Source: Corynebacterium amycolatum (GTDB taxonomy: Bacteria > Actinomycetota > Actinomycetes > Mycobacteriales > Mycobacteriaceae). From it: a DNA stretch of 32,000 bases. Every line of letters begins with the position of its first letter. Position 1 is the first letter of the stretch. Shown one piece after another: positions 24,596 to 32,000 of this stretch. The position numbers and the translations under genes are program-made. Location: assembly GCF_049243625.1 (NCBI RefSeq), contig NZ_CP046975.1; one strand, written 5' to 3'. The notes under the pieces are model-generated. The model worked only from the letters and a program-made list of their open reading frames with translations, had not been told where the DNA came from and did no database searches.

Positions 24596-26186
24596 CTACA
24601 GCCAGAATATCCGCGCGGCAACGGTCTACGCCGTCTATGGAACGGCAGACAATGCCCGCAAGGGTGAGGTGCGAGCCGATGCTTTATGCACGGTTCAACC
24701 TAACGCTGAATCGTTTTCTCCGGAGGCTACGGCTGGCCGTTGGTCGGGTGTGGACTTCATGGAAGCCAGTGTGGAAGAAATGGAGCGATATGCTCCGGCT
24801 CAGCGCACTGACGAAGCAATTATTTATATCCAATCGTGGGCTAAAGACGAGCTGGATAAGGATAACCCGGCCGATGTAGCTCGGGCTAATGCGGCTGGCT
24901 CAGAGCTGGCGATGCGGCTGACGCAGGGCACGGGAGTTCCGTTTACCGTGGCTACGCACACCGACAGTAAAAGCGGCTGTGTCCACAACCATATCGTCTT
25001 TGCCAACCACGATACGCAGACAAAGAAGGCTGCACCTCGGGATATGCGCAACTGGTACAAGCTGCGCAATATCAACGACGAGCTGATGCGCGATTTGGGG
25101 ATGCGTGTCCTGGAGCGAGAGCCGGAAATATCGCTGCTTCCTGCTGAGCGCAGGGCACGCAAGGAGGGCAAGTCCACAGACTCGACGGGCCTGGGCGTGG
25201 ATGAGCTGACCGCAGCCACGTGGGCTGATTTTGCCCGCAAGCGCATGGATGAGCTGTGCGCGGATAAACAGGTGGCAGATGCTGACGACCCACTGGCGAA
25301 GGCAGTAGAGATTGCTGGCAAATACAACCTGTCTCTAAAAGTGCAGCCCAACTCAAAAACCGAGGGTGAGTCGCTAACCGTGGCCCTGGTCGACGACGAC
25401 GGCGAGGATGCCTACTTCACGAACACCACGAAGGCCGGACGTACTCGAAAGCGTAAAGCAGCTAAAGCTGGCTCAAAATTGGGCCGCAGCTACTCGCTAG
25501 AGGGTGTGACCGAACGCGTTAACGAGGCCCAATCAGCCCTTCTTGCGCGGCAGCTTGCAGCACTTCAAGCCAATTCAACCGATGACGACCTGGAGGCGAA
25601 ATACGGCTCCAGCCTTCTCGATGACGAGGAGGAAGAAAACTATAACAACCAGGAGGTATTCAATCATGGTGTCAGTGACCGAGATGACGAAGCTAGCCCA
25701 AGCAGCGGCGAAAGGCAAGATGGACAGCGTCTTGAAGGTTCTCAGCCCACGCCTGGACAAGGCGGAGAAGGCTATCAAGACGCTGCAGGAGAAACTGAAG
25801 AGTCTGCCGGAGAATACAGGGGACATTCTCAGTTCTCTGCCCAGCGACTTCTCGACGAGGTTGACGCAAGCGGAAAGCGAATTAAGGAACGTAAAAAGCA
25901 ATCTCGCCGCAAACAAGAACTACGTGAGCAGCAGTCACTTCCAAGTAACGATGATGGAAGTGCAGCAGATGATCACCGGGCTGATAAGGAACATCGAGGA
26001 TCTGCCCAACGGCCTGGAGGGGGTAAAAGGGTACCTAATCGAGATAAGCGAGCAGATGTCGCGTCTGACAAGGATGCAACAGCTGGTACTCAAAGCAGCC
26101 GAAAGCCCCATCCATCTCGACAAGGATTCCAGCCAAGCAGTAGCCCAGAGCCTGAACGCTCAGATGACTTCGAGCCTGACTTCTAG
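24576..26186 (+). CDS. Relaxase/mobilisation nuclease (MobA/VirD2-type) with a long disordered C-terminal tail
   Basis: The His-triad motif is HTDSKSGCVHNHIVFANHD. N-terminal Tyr candidates lie in AATVYAVYG. The TTG start overlaps the mobC 3' end by 20 nt. The last 521 nt or so overlap the next gene in another frame. Confidence 0.8.
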   Translation: MSTIKINYSQNIRAATVYAVYGTADNARKGEVRADALCTVQPNAESFSPEATAGRWSGVDFMEASVEEMERYAPAQRTDEAIIYIQSWAKDELDKDNPADVARANAAGSELAMRLTQGTGVPFTVATHTDSKSGCVHNHIVFANHDTQTKKAAPRDMRNWYKLRNINDELMRDLGMRVLEREPEISLLPAERRARKEGKSTDSTGLGVDELTAATWADFARKRMDELCADKQVADADDPLAKAVEIAGKYNLSLKVQPNSKTEGESLTVALVDDDGEDAYFTNTTKAGRTRKRKAAKAGSKLGRSYSLEGVTERVNEAQSALLARQLAALQANSTDDDLEAKYGSSLLDDEEEENYNNQEVFNHGVSDRDDEASPSSGERQDGQRLEGSQPTPGQGGEGYQDAAGETEESAGEYRGHSQFSAQRLLDEVDASGKRIKERKKQSRRKQELREQQSLPSNDDGSAADDHRADKEHRGSAQRPGGGKRVPNRDKRADVASDKDATAGTQSSRKPHPSRQGFQPSSSPEPERSDDFEPDF

Positions 26187-26700
26187 CCTGGAACCGCTGG
26201 TAGAAGTAGCTGTATCTGAGGCAATGTCGAAAGAGTCCGAAAGCCTGCACAAGGCAGCAGAAGCATCTAAGAAGGCTCGCAGCGCCCTGCTCCAGGAGAA
26301 GGAGTCCAACGAAAAGCTGCTGGAGAAGATACGTGCAGAGCGCAAAAAGTACAACGACGACATGGAAAAGTCGAACACGAACTTTATTAAGGCCTGCATG
26401 TCTGCCTCGTGGATTGCAGCCAGTGTTCTCTTCGTTGCTATCGCACTCGTTGCTGTCGGAGCCTTGGGGAACGGGCTGCTAAGTATGCTCGGCATACCCG
26501 ACGGCGTGTCTGCCTTGTGGGGTCACGTCCAGGAGGCCAACGGCATCGGCCCAACACTGGGCTGGTTGGCGTTAACACTTATCGTCATAGGGGTTCTTAT
26601 AGCGCTTATGACCTGGATGTTGTCCCAGGCTGCGCCGGGTATTGCTCACTTAGTCGAGGAATACCGTCGCAATCACCCGAGGAAAGAAACGAACCACTAA
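25666..26700 (+). CDS. Coiled-coil protein with C-terminal transmembrane helices (344 aa), out-of-frame overlap with the relaxase 3' region
   Basis: The ATG at 25666 lies 9 nt after AGGAGG (25651-25656). A long heptad-like N-terminal region is followed by two hydrophobic helices (WIAASVLFVAIALVAVGALG and LGWLALTLIVIGVLIALMTWML). Confidence 0.7.
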   Translation: MVSVTEMTKLAQAAAKGKMDSVLKVLSPRLDKAEKAIKTLQEKLKSLPENTGDILSSLPSDFSTRLTQAESELRNVKSNLAANKNYVSSSHFQVTMMEVQQMITGLIRNIEDLPNGLEGVKGYLIEISEQMSRLTRMQQLVLKAAESPIHLDKDSSQAVAQSLNAQMTSSLTSSLEPLVEVAVSEAMSKESESLHKAAEASKKARSALLQEKESNEKLLEKIRAERKKYNDDMEKSNTNFIKACMSASWIAASVLFVAIALVAVGALGNGLLSMLGIPDGVSALWGHVQEANGIGPTLGWLALTLIVIGVLIALMTWMLSQAAPGIAHLVEEYRRNHPRKETNH

Positions 26701-26742
26701 CTAGAACACGTGCACCGTAAAAAGTAAAAATCCCCACAACAC

Positions 26743-26772
26743 AGCGTAGCGGTTAACCGCTACGCTTCTTTT
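26743..26772 (+). terminator. Rho-independent terminator after the mobilisation module
   Basis: A perfect 10-bp stem AGCGTAGCGG/CCGCTACGCT with loop TTAA is followed by TCTTTTA. Confidence 0.8.
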
Positions 26773-26805
26773 ATGCTCTTCCTATGCCCCAACTTTGCAA
26801 CAGCA

Positions 26806-26842
26806 CCAATAAACTGGCGCCCCGGTTATAAGTTGGGGCGCC
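26806..26842 (-). terminator. Candidate terminator of the SulP gene
   Basis: An 8-bp GC stem GGCGCCCC(26816-26823)/GGGGCGCC(26835-26842) is followed on the minus strand by AGTTTATT. Confidence 0.45.
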
Positions 26843-26869
26843 AAGTCGATGTGCTCGAGTCGGGGGATG

Positions 26870-28429
26870 TTAGTGGCCGGTGCCAAGCCGGCCAGACAGG
26901 CGGTTCAGCCGGTCCTGACTGGGACCGTCGAGCCCGATAATGGACACGGTTTTGCCTCTGTCCTGGAACTTCTGCGTAATCGCGTCAAAGGTCGCGACCG
27001 TGGAGGCATCCCAGATCTCCGCCTCAGTGAGATCAATAGTGATATGACGGGCAGAATCGGTGTAATCAAAGCGATAAACCAGGTCATTGCTTGATGCCCA
27101 AAACAACTGGCCATGCACCCGGTAGGTACGAGTATCAATCTCGCCATCGCCGTCGCCGTCGATCTCGGAGACCTTTTCAATGGAAGCGATATGTGCCATC
27201 CGACGGGCGAACATGATCATCGCGGTGACCACACCCAACACCACACCAATGGCCAGGTTGCTGGTGGCTAGGGTGGCAATAATCGTCACGGCCATAACAA
27301 TGGTCTCAGAGACCGGCATGAGTTTAAGGGTGCGTGGATGCACCGAGTGCCAGTCGATGGTGCCGACCGAGACCATGATCATGATTGCCACCAGCGCAGC
27401 CATCGGGATCATGCCAACGATGTCGCCCAGTGCCAGGACCAGGACCAGCAGGAACACACCGGCTAACAGGGTGGATAGGCGGGTACGTGCCCCGGATTCG
27501 CGGACGTTGATCATGGTTTGACCGATCATCGCGCAGCCACCCATGCCGCCGAAGAAACCGGAGGCAATATTAGCCACCCCCTGTCCCCAGGATTCACGAG
27601 TTTTATCGGAATGAGTGTCGGTGATGTCATCGACGAGCTTGGCGGTCATCAACGATTCCATGAGACCGACCACGGCCATGGCCAGGGCATAAGGCGCGAT
27701 GATCTGCAGGGTCTCCAACGTCCACGGCACGTTCGGAATAAACAGGGACGGTAAGGTCTCCGGCATCTTGCCCATGTCCGAGACCGTCGGGACAGTCAAA
27801 CCGGCGGCAATGACCAAACCGGTGAGCACGATAATCGTGACCAGCGGGGCGGGGATCACACTGGTGAGCTTGGGGAAGAAAATCATGATCACCACACCCA
27901 AGCCGACGAGTGGGTAGACTATCCAAGGCACATCAATGAGGTGTTCGAGTTGGGCGGTGAAAATCATAATGCCCAGTGCATTGACGAAACCCAGCATCAC
28001 CGATCGGGGGATAAAACGCTGAAGTTTCGCCACACCGAGGGCGCCGAGCACGATTTGTAGGACACCGCCCAACAGGACGGTGGCGATGAAATAATCCATC
28101 CCGTAACCACGCGCCACAGGAGCAATGACTAGGGCAATAGCCCCGGTGGCGCCGGTGATCATTGCCGAGCGGCCACCGGTAAAGGCGATCGCAATGGCCA
28201 TGACTACCGAGGAAAACAGACCCATGGCTGGGTCAACACCGGCAAGGATGGAAAAGGCAATGGCCTCAGGGATCAGCGCCAGGGATACCGCCAGTCCGGC
28301 CAGAATCTCTATACGGATACGGGCGGGGGAAGAAAATGCGTAACGGAAGGATGCGATGATCCCGGTAGGGGCATCAGCGCCGTCTGGACTCAGGAGGGGG
28401 CGGGGGGCCGCCGTGCTAGTTTCAGTCAT
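26870..28429 (-). CDS. SulP-family inorganic anion transporter with C-terminal STAS domain
   Basis: The 519-aa protein has a polytopic N-terminal domain (AFSILAGVDPAMGLFSS, GQGVANIASGFFGGMGGCAMIGQTMIN) and a STAS-like tail (YRVHGQLFWASSNDL...IDLTEAEIWDASTVATFDAI). Confidence 0.9.
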   Translation of the reverse strand: MTETSTAAPRPLLSPDGADAPTGIIASFRYAFSSPARIRIEILAGLAVSLALIPEAIAFSILAGVDPAMGLFSSVVMAIAIAFTGGRSAMITGATGAIALVIAPVARGYGMDYFIATVLLGGVLQIVLGALGVAKLQRFIPRSVMLGFVNALGIMIFTAQLEHLIDVPWIVYPLVGLGVVIMIFFPKLTSVIPAPLVTIIVLTGLVIAAGLTVPTVSDMGKMPETLPSLFIPNVPWTLETLQIIAPYALAMAVVGLMESLMTAKLVDDITDTHSDKTRESWGQGVANIASGFFGGMGGCAMIGQTMINVRESGARTRLSTLLAGVFLLVLVLALGDIVGMIPMAALVAIMIMVSVGTIDWHSVHPRTLKLMPVSETIVMAVTIIATLATSNLAIGVVLGVVTAMIMFARRMAHIASIEKVSEIDGDGDGEIDTRTYRVHGQLFWASSNDLVYRFDYTDSARHITIDLTEAEIWDASTVATFDAITQKFQDRGKTVSIIGLDGPSQDRLNRLSGRLGTGH

Positions 28430-28481
28430 AGATGTCCAATCTTTGAGGGGATAGGTAACTGGGCGAACGCCCGAAAGGAAT

Positions 28482-28508
28482 CCAACCCTCTAGTAACTTT
28501 AGGTTTGG
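28482..28508. promoter_or_regulatory. Candidate MerR-type operator: 27-bp imperfect dyad CCAACCCTCTAGT-A-ACTTTAGGTTTGG
   Basis: 10 of 13 positions are complementary. It lies in the SulP/MerR divergent intergenic region. A second 12-bp perfect palindrome, GGGCGAACGCCC, is at 28461-28472. Confidence 0.4.
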
Positions 28509-28598
28509 TGATGGTGGTCATGGTAGCGGGAGTTTTACTCAACCGCCAACCCAGGCACAGGAACCCGTGGGCAACATCACCGTGAAGGAGAACAGGCA

Positions 28599-29003
28599 AT
28601 GCAAAACAGTAATTTCAAGATCGGCGAGGTCGTTGACCAGACGGGGTTGTCGATTCCCACCTTGCGTTATTATGACAACGTCGGCCTGATTACCCCATCG
28701 GGGCGTAGCCCTGGTGGGTTCAGGCTTTATAGTGAGGCTGATGTACGTCGTGTTTTGCTGGTGCGACGGATGAAACCGCTGGGGTTTACTCTGGATCAGA
28801 TGCGGGAATTCCTGGAAGCTGCGGAGATTCTTCATAGTTCAGATGGCGGGCAGGACAGTGATACCGCACAGCAGGCACGGAGTAATGCCAAGGCCACCCT
28901 TGCCGACATTCGTGAGGAGACGCGCACCCGCTACGAAAAGCTACGCAAGCAAATTGCCTACGCTGAGGAATTCCTCGATCTGGTCAACACCCTGGCACCC
29001 TAA
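28599..29003 (+). CDS. MerR-family transcriptional regulator
   Basis: The N-terminal HTH is FKIGEVVDQTGLSIPTLRYYDNVGLITPSGRSPGGFRLY, followed by a dimerisation helix. The gene is divergent from the SulP gene. Confidence 0.85.
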   Translation: MQNSNFKIGEVVDQTGLSIPTLRYYDNVGLITPSGRSPGGFRLYSEADVRRVLLVRRMKPLGFTLDQMREFLEAAEILHSSDGGQDSDTAQQARSNAKATLADIREETRTRYEKLRKQIAYAEEFLDLVNTLAP

Positions 29004-29193
29004 ACTGCCCCCATCCTTCGCAGGGAGAAAAAGACCATCGTATTGAATGCGCTCTGTCGAATCGCGTTCCAGATGAAGTGGACGAACGCCCGCGGCCTCT
29101 CCGGAGTGGATGGCGATAGTACAGAGGACTTCTGAAATCCGTGCAGACGACTCCTCAAAACGACACAGTCATCCAAGGTCACAAAATCGAAAA

Positions 29194-29236
29194 TTGTCAC
29201 TTAACCCCATCACTTCCAAACCGGCTTAAGTGACAA
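29194..29236. repeat. Perfect 11-bp inverted repeat TTGTCACTTAA-N21-TTAAGTGACAA near the right end of the element
   Basis: Read directly. An extra GTCAC word lies at 29178. The repeat sits in the non-coding arm between merR and the att core. Confidence 0.7.
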
Positions 29237-29250
29237 AATGCCATCGCTAA

Positions 29251-29269
29251 AGTCCCGATTTGAGTCCCA
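29251..29269. repeat. 19-nt repeat AGTCCCGATTTGAGTCCCA (copy 2); candidate arm-type recombinase site
   Basis: It matches 17680-17698 at 18/19 positions. Confidence 0.6.
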
Positions 29270-29283
29270 GGACGTGCGCCTTA

Positions 29284-29328
29284 AGAGAAATAACTAAAGC
29301 CCCTACCAGTGTTTCTCCTGGTAGGGGC
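29284..29328 (-). terminator. Rho-independent terminator of tRNA-fMet (element-supplied)
   Basis: An 11-bp stem GCCCCTACCAG(29299-29309)/CTGGTAGGGGC(29318-29328) is followed on the minus strand by TTTAGTTATTTCTCTT. Confidence 0.75.
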
Positions 29329-29336
29329 TTGGAAGT

Positions 29337-29413
29337 TGGTAGCGGGGGCAGGATTCGAACCTACGACCTCTGGGTTATGAGCCCAGCGAGCTACCGAGCT
29401 GCTCCACCCCGCG
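29337..29413 (-). tRNA. Initiator tRNA-fMet (anticodon CAU), chimeric: its 3' part is supplied by the integrated element
   Basis: The minus strand reads CGCGGGGTGGAGCAGCTCGGTAGCTCGCTGGGCTCATAACCCAGAGGTCGTAGGTTCGAATCCTGCCCCCGCTACCA (77 nt). It has a 1:72 C-U mismatch, three consecutive G:C pairs closing the anticodon stem, a CAU anticodon (plus-strand ATG at 29377-29379) and an encoded CCA. Confidence 0.9.
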
Positions 29414-29509
29414 TCAACTGTCCTGGCTTTTACAAGCACTCACAGCGGGTGCTGACCTCTCCGGCCAACGAGATGTAACTGTAGCACGGCACCCCCAACA
29501 AAGACCAAT

Positions 29510-29544
29510 CCCCAGGTCATAGCCAGTTTCGCTACAACCTGGGG
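29510..29544 (-). terminator. Candidate terminator of the UPF0182 gene
   Basis: An 8-bp stem CCCCAGGT/ACCTGGGG with a 19-nt loop is followed on the minus strand by a modest T-rich run (TCTTTGTT). Confidence 0.3.
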
Positions 29545-29613
29545 ACTCTGCGAACCATAAGAACCTATGATTCTCGGCTAATCTCCCGTTGCAAGCCTTA
29601 CTCTCTGTAAACC

Positions 29614-32000
29614 TTACTGGCCGTTGGCCTTCTGGTAGTCAGCGGCAGCGCGGTCGAGCTCGGCAAGTGCCTGGCCCTGGGCTGCGTAGTCACCGTTCTT
29701 CTGGGCGTCGTTAAGCTTCTTTAGCGCGTCGGAGATACGGCGAGCGGCGTCGTCACGCGCGGCGACATCAACCTTGCGCTCTTCCTTCGGTGCCTCGTCG
29801 TCGGACTCAGCGTCGGCGGCGTCCTTGTCCTTATCCGACGGCTGCTCCTCAGCCTCTTCCTCACCGCGGACCTTGGTCACGGCGGAAGCATCGATACCAA
29901 CCTGGCTCAGAGCCTCAGTGACCGTAGCGCCGTAGCCCACCTGACCGCGGTAAGCGACGAGAATACGCAACAGCTTCGGGAATGCGGTCTCCTGCCCCTT
30001 GCGTTGGGTGTAGACCGGTTCGACATAGAGAATCTCGCCATCGCCGACCGGCAGCGTCAGCAGGTTACCGTTGGTGACCACGTTCGTACCCTCGAGCAGG
30101 GTACGGTCCTGGGCGACCTCATCTGCGGACATCATCGTGTCCTGCGCCTGACGCGGACCCATGGTCTGGGTGTTGGTCGGCAGAGCACGAATAGTGATTT
30201 GGCCGTAGGTCTCCGGCTCGGAGGAAGCACTCATCTGAGCGGAGAGGAACTCACGCTCCAGTCCACGGAATGCAGAGATCAGCTGGAAGCTCGGCTTGCC
30301 GCTCTCCGGATCGGAAGCGACAACATAGTACGGCGGCTGAGAGAGGTTCTTGTCTTCCGGTGCGGTCGGGTCGGACGGGACAGACCAGAAGGAGTCATTG
30401 GCGAAGAACACGCCCGGATCGCTGACGTGGTACTTGGCCATCAGCTCGCGCTGAACCTTAAACAAGTCCTCCGGGTAACGCAGGTGCTCCTGCAGTTCCT
30501 CGGAAATCTCCGACTTCGGCTTCACCACACCTGGGAAGACGCCTTCCCAGGCCTTGAGCACCGGATCCTTCTCATCGAACTCGTAGAGCTCAACGGTGCC
30601 ATCGTAGGCGTCAACGGTTGCCTTGACCGAGTTGCGGATGTAGCTGACCTCGCTGTTCGGCAGCGGGCGTGGAGTGCCATCCGGGTTAATGGAGTCCTGC
30701 GTGGTTTCCTGGAGGCTCATGCGCTGGGAGTACGGCATCTTGGCCAGCGTGGTGTAGCCGTCGACGATCCACTTCATACGGCCATCGACTACAGCCGGGT
30801 ACGTCTTGGTGTCGGTAGTCAGCCATGGGGCGACCTTCTGAACACGGTCACGCGGATCGCGGTTGTAGATAATCTTGGAGTCCGACCCAATGCGGTCGGA
30901 CAGCAGGATGTTGAGTTCCTGGTAACGGGTGGCGAAAATCATGCGGCTGGCAAGTCCGCCAACGCCAACACCGCCCTCACCGTCGTAGGTGAAGTTTCGG
31001 CCGTCAGCATCGTACTCGTAGTCCTTGCCGTCACCATTGCCACCGACAATCGCGTAGTCGGCATCGCTGTTGGCGATAACCGGACCGTAGTAGATACGCG
31101 GCTGCTTCAGGTTCAGGTTCATGCCGTTCGGGTCCTCGGACTCGAACAGGTCAGCCACGGTGTACAGCGGGTAACCACCGCGGGCGGAACCGGACTCGGA
31201 GGCAACCTCGTCAACCTTATTAGCCGGCGCAGCAACGAAACCATTGCCGTGAGTGTAGACCGTGTGACGGTTAATCCAGTCAGTCTGGTTGCCCTGCAGA
31301 GTCTGCGGGTTCAGCTCACGAGCAGCGACAATGAAGTCACGGGACTCCCCATCAATCTGGTAGCGGTCAATGGCAAGCGGATCGGAGAAACCGTAGAAGT
31401 TCTTCAGCTGACGTTGCTGAGTGAAAGTACGCGGCAGGACCTCCGGATCCAGGATTCGGATATTGGCCAATGTCGCGGCATCGCGCGAAATCGAATCCGC
31501 ACCTTCCTTTGCTGCCTCCTTATCGCCTTCCTTTTCAGCCGGAACGCCCCAGTCGCGCTCGACCTTCACCTTGTCGTCGGTAAGCCCGTAGTGGTAGCGC
31601 GTCGATTCAATGTTGCGCGCAATGTATTCACGTTCCTTGGAAGCGCGGTTCGGGTTAACCGAGAACTGCTCAACTGCCATCGGCCAGGCCACGCCGATCA
31701 GCCCCGCGGAGACCAGCATCAGCACTGTGGCAAACGCCGGAATGGAGAGGTTGCGCAGGAAGATAGAAGCGAAGAATGCAGCGGCCACGACAATTGCGAT
31801 GACCAGCAGCGTAATCTTTGCCGGCAGCAGCGCATTGATATCGGTGTAGGAACCACCGGTGAAGGTTTTCTGCTTGTTATTCAGCAGCTCATAGCGGTCC
31901 AGCCAGTAAGACACAGCCTTGAGCAGCATGAAAACACCGGCCCAGCACGCCAACTGCGCACGAGCCGCATTGGAAACGCGGGTCTTCTCCCCTGTAGTCG
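29614..32000 (-). CDS. UPF0182-family large membrane protein (partial; N-terminus beyond the window)
   Basis: The frame stays open to the window edge upstream of the tracked start. N-terminal TM helices are followed by a large soluble region with UPF0182-like blocks (YELLNNKQKTFTGGSYTDINALLPAK, RELNPQ...WINRHTVYTHGNGFVAAPAN, LRYPEDLFKVQRELMAKYHV). Confidence 0.8.
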   Translation of the reverse strand, partial: TTGEKTRVSNAARAQLACWAGVFMLLKAVSYWLDRYELLNNKQKTFTGGSYTDINALLPAKITLLVIAIVVAAAFFASIFLRNLSIPAFATVLMLVSAGLIGVAWPMAVEQFSVNPNRASKEREYIARNIESTRYHYGLTDDKVKVERDWGVPAEKEGDKEAAKEGADSISRDAATLANIRILDPEVLPRTFTQQRQLKNFYGFSDPLAIDRYQIDGESRDFIVAARELNPQTLQGNQTDWINRHTVYTHGNGFVAAPANKVDEVASESGSARGGYPLYTVADLFESEDPNGMNLNLKQPRIYYGPVIANSDADYAIVGGNGDGKDYEYDADGRNFTYDGEGGVGVGGLASRMIFATRYQELNILLSDRIGSDSKIIYNRDPRDRVQKVAPWLTTDTKTYPAVVDGRMKWIVDGYTTLAKMPYSQRMSLQETTQDSINPDGTPRPLPNSEVSYIRNSVKATVDAYDGTVELYEFDEKDPVLKAWEGVFPGVVKPKSEISEELQEHLRYPEDLFKVQRELMAKYHVSDPGVFFANDSFWSVPSDPTAPEDKNLSQPPYYVVASDPESGKPSFQLISAFRGLEREFLSAQMSASSEPETYGQITIRALPTNTQTMGPRQAQDTMMSADEVAQDRTLLEGTNVVTNGNLLTLPVGDGEILYVEPVYTQRKGQETAFPKLLRILVAYRGQVGYGATVTEALSQVGIDASAVTKVRGEEEAEEQPSDKDKDAADAESDDEAPKEERKVDVAARDDAARRISDALKKLNDAQKNGDYAAQGQALAELDRAAADYQKANGQ

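Larger units (their letters stand above)
17531..29376. mobile_element. Integrated pipolin-like element (about 11.8 kb): int, xis, family-B DNA polymerase, MobC/relaxase, membrane protein, SulP-MerR cargo
   Basis: The element is flanked by the tRNA 3'-half direct repeats and has a tyrosine recombinase at the left end. It has a PolB gene but no terminal inverted repeats, terminal protein or cas1, and no conjugative pore genes. Confidence 0.8.

Noticed and set aside
25543-25665. Upstream extension of the coiled-coil membrane protein ORF
   Set aside because: There is no ribosome-binding site at 25543, whereas AGGAGG lies 9 nt before the ATG at 25666. The extension is Arg/Thr-rich sequence of no recognisable character.
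29000-29200. 66-aa minus-strand ORF in the right arm of the element
   Set aside because: It has no convincing RBS, its composition is atypical, and it lies in a region better explained as non-coding attP arm with repeats.

Overview
This is a GC-rich actinobacterial chromosome segment whose gene content and order look Corynebacterium-like. Housekeeping genes include pnuC, a ParA/MinD-like ATPase, a 3-hydroxyisobutyryl-CoA hydrolase-like enzyme, ppk2, ftsX-ftsE, prfB, an IMPase paralog next to hisN, an arsR-acr3-arsC arsenic operon, a secreted S1 protease and a UPF0182 membrane protein. The main feature is an integrated mobile element of about 11.8 kb (17531-29376) in the 3' half of the initiator tRNA-fMet gene. 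It is bounded by a 40-nt duplication of the tRNA 3' half. It carries a tyrosine integrase, an HTH excisionase and a 1036-aa family-B DNA polymerase with all exonuclease and polymerase motifs. There is no terminal protein, no terminal inverted repeats and no Cas1. It also carries a MobC/relaxase module behind a repeat- and hairpin-dense non-coding region (candidate oriT or origin), a coiled-coil membrane protein gene that overlaps the relaxase tail out of frame, and a SulP-MerR cargo pair. This architecture matches the 'pipolin' class of self-replicating integrative elements encoding a primer-independent PolB (piPolB). All calls come from reading motifs by eye; no database search was possible. 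Secondary observations: a DUF222/HNH gene inserted between prfB and ftsE, a C10 tract upstream of ftsE, a polylysine tail on PPK2, a repeat-rich insertion inside the S1 protease, a structured pnuC leader, and a 670-bp ORF-free region beside the attachment site.
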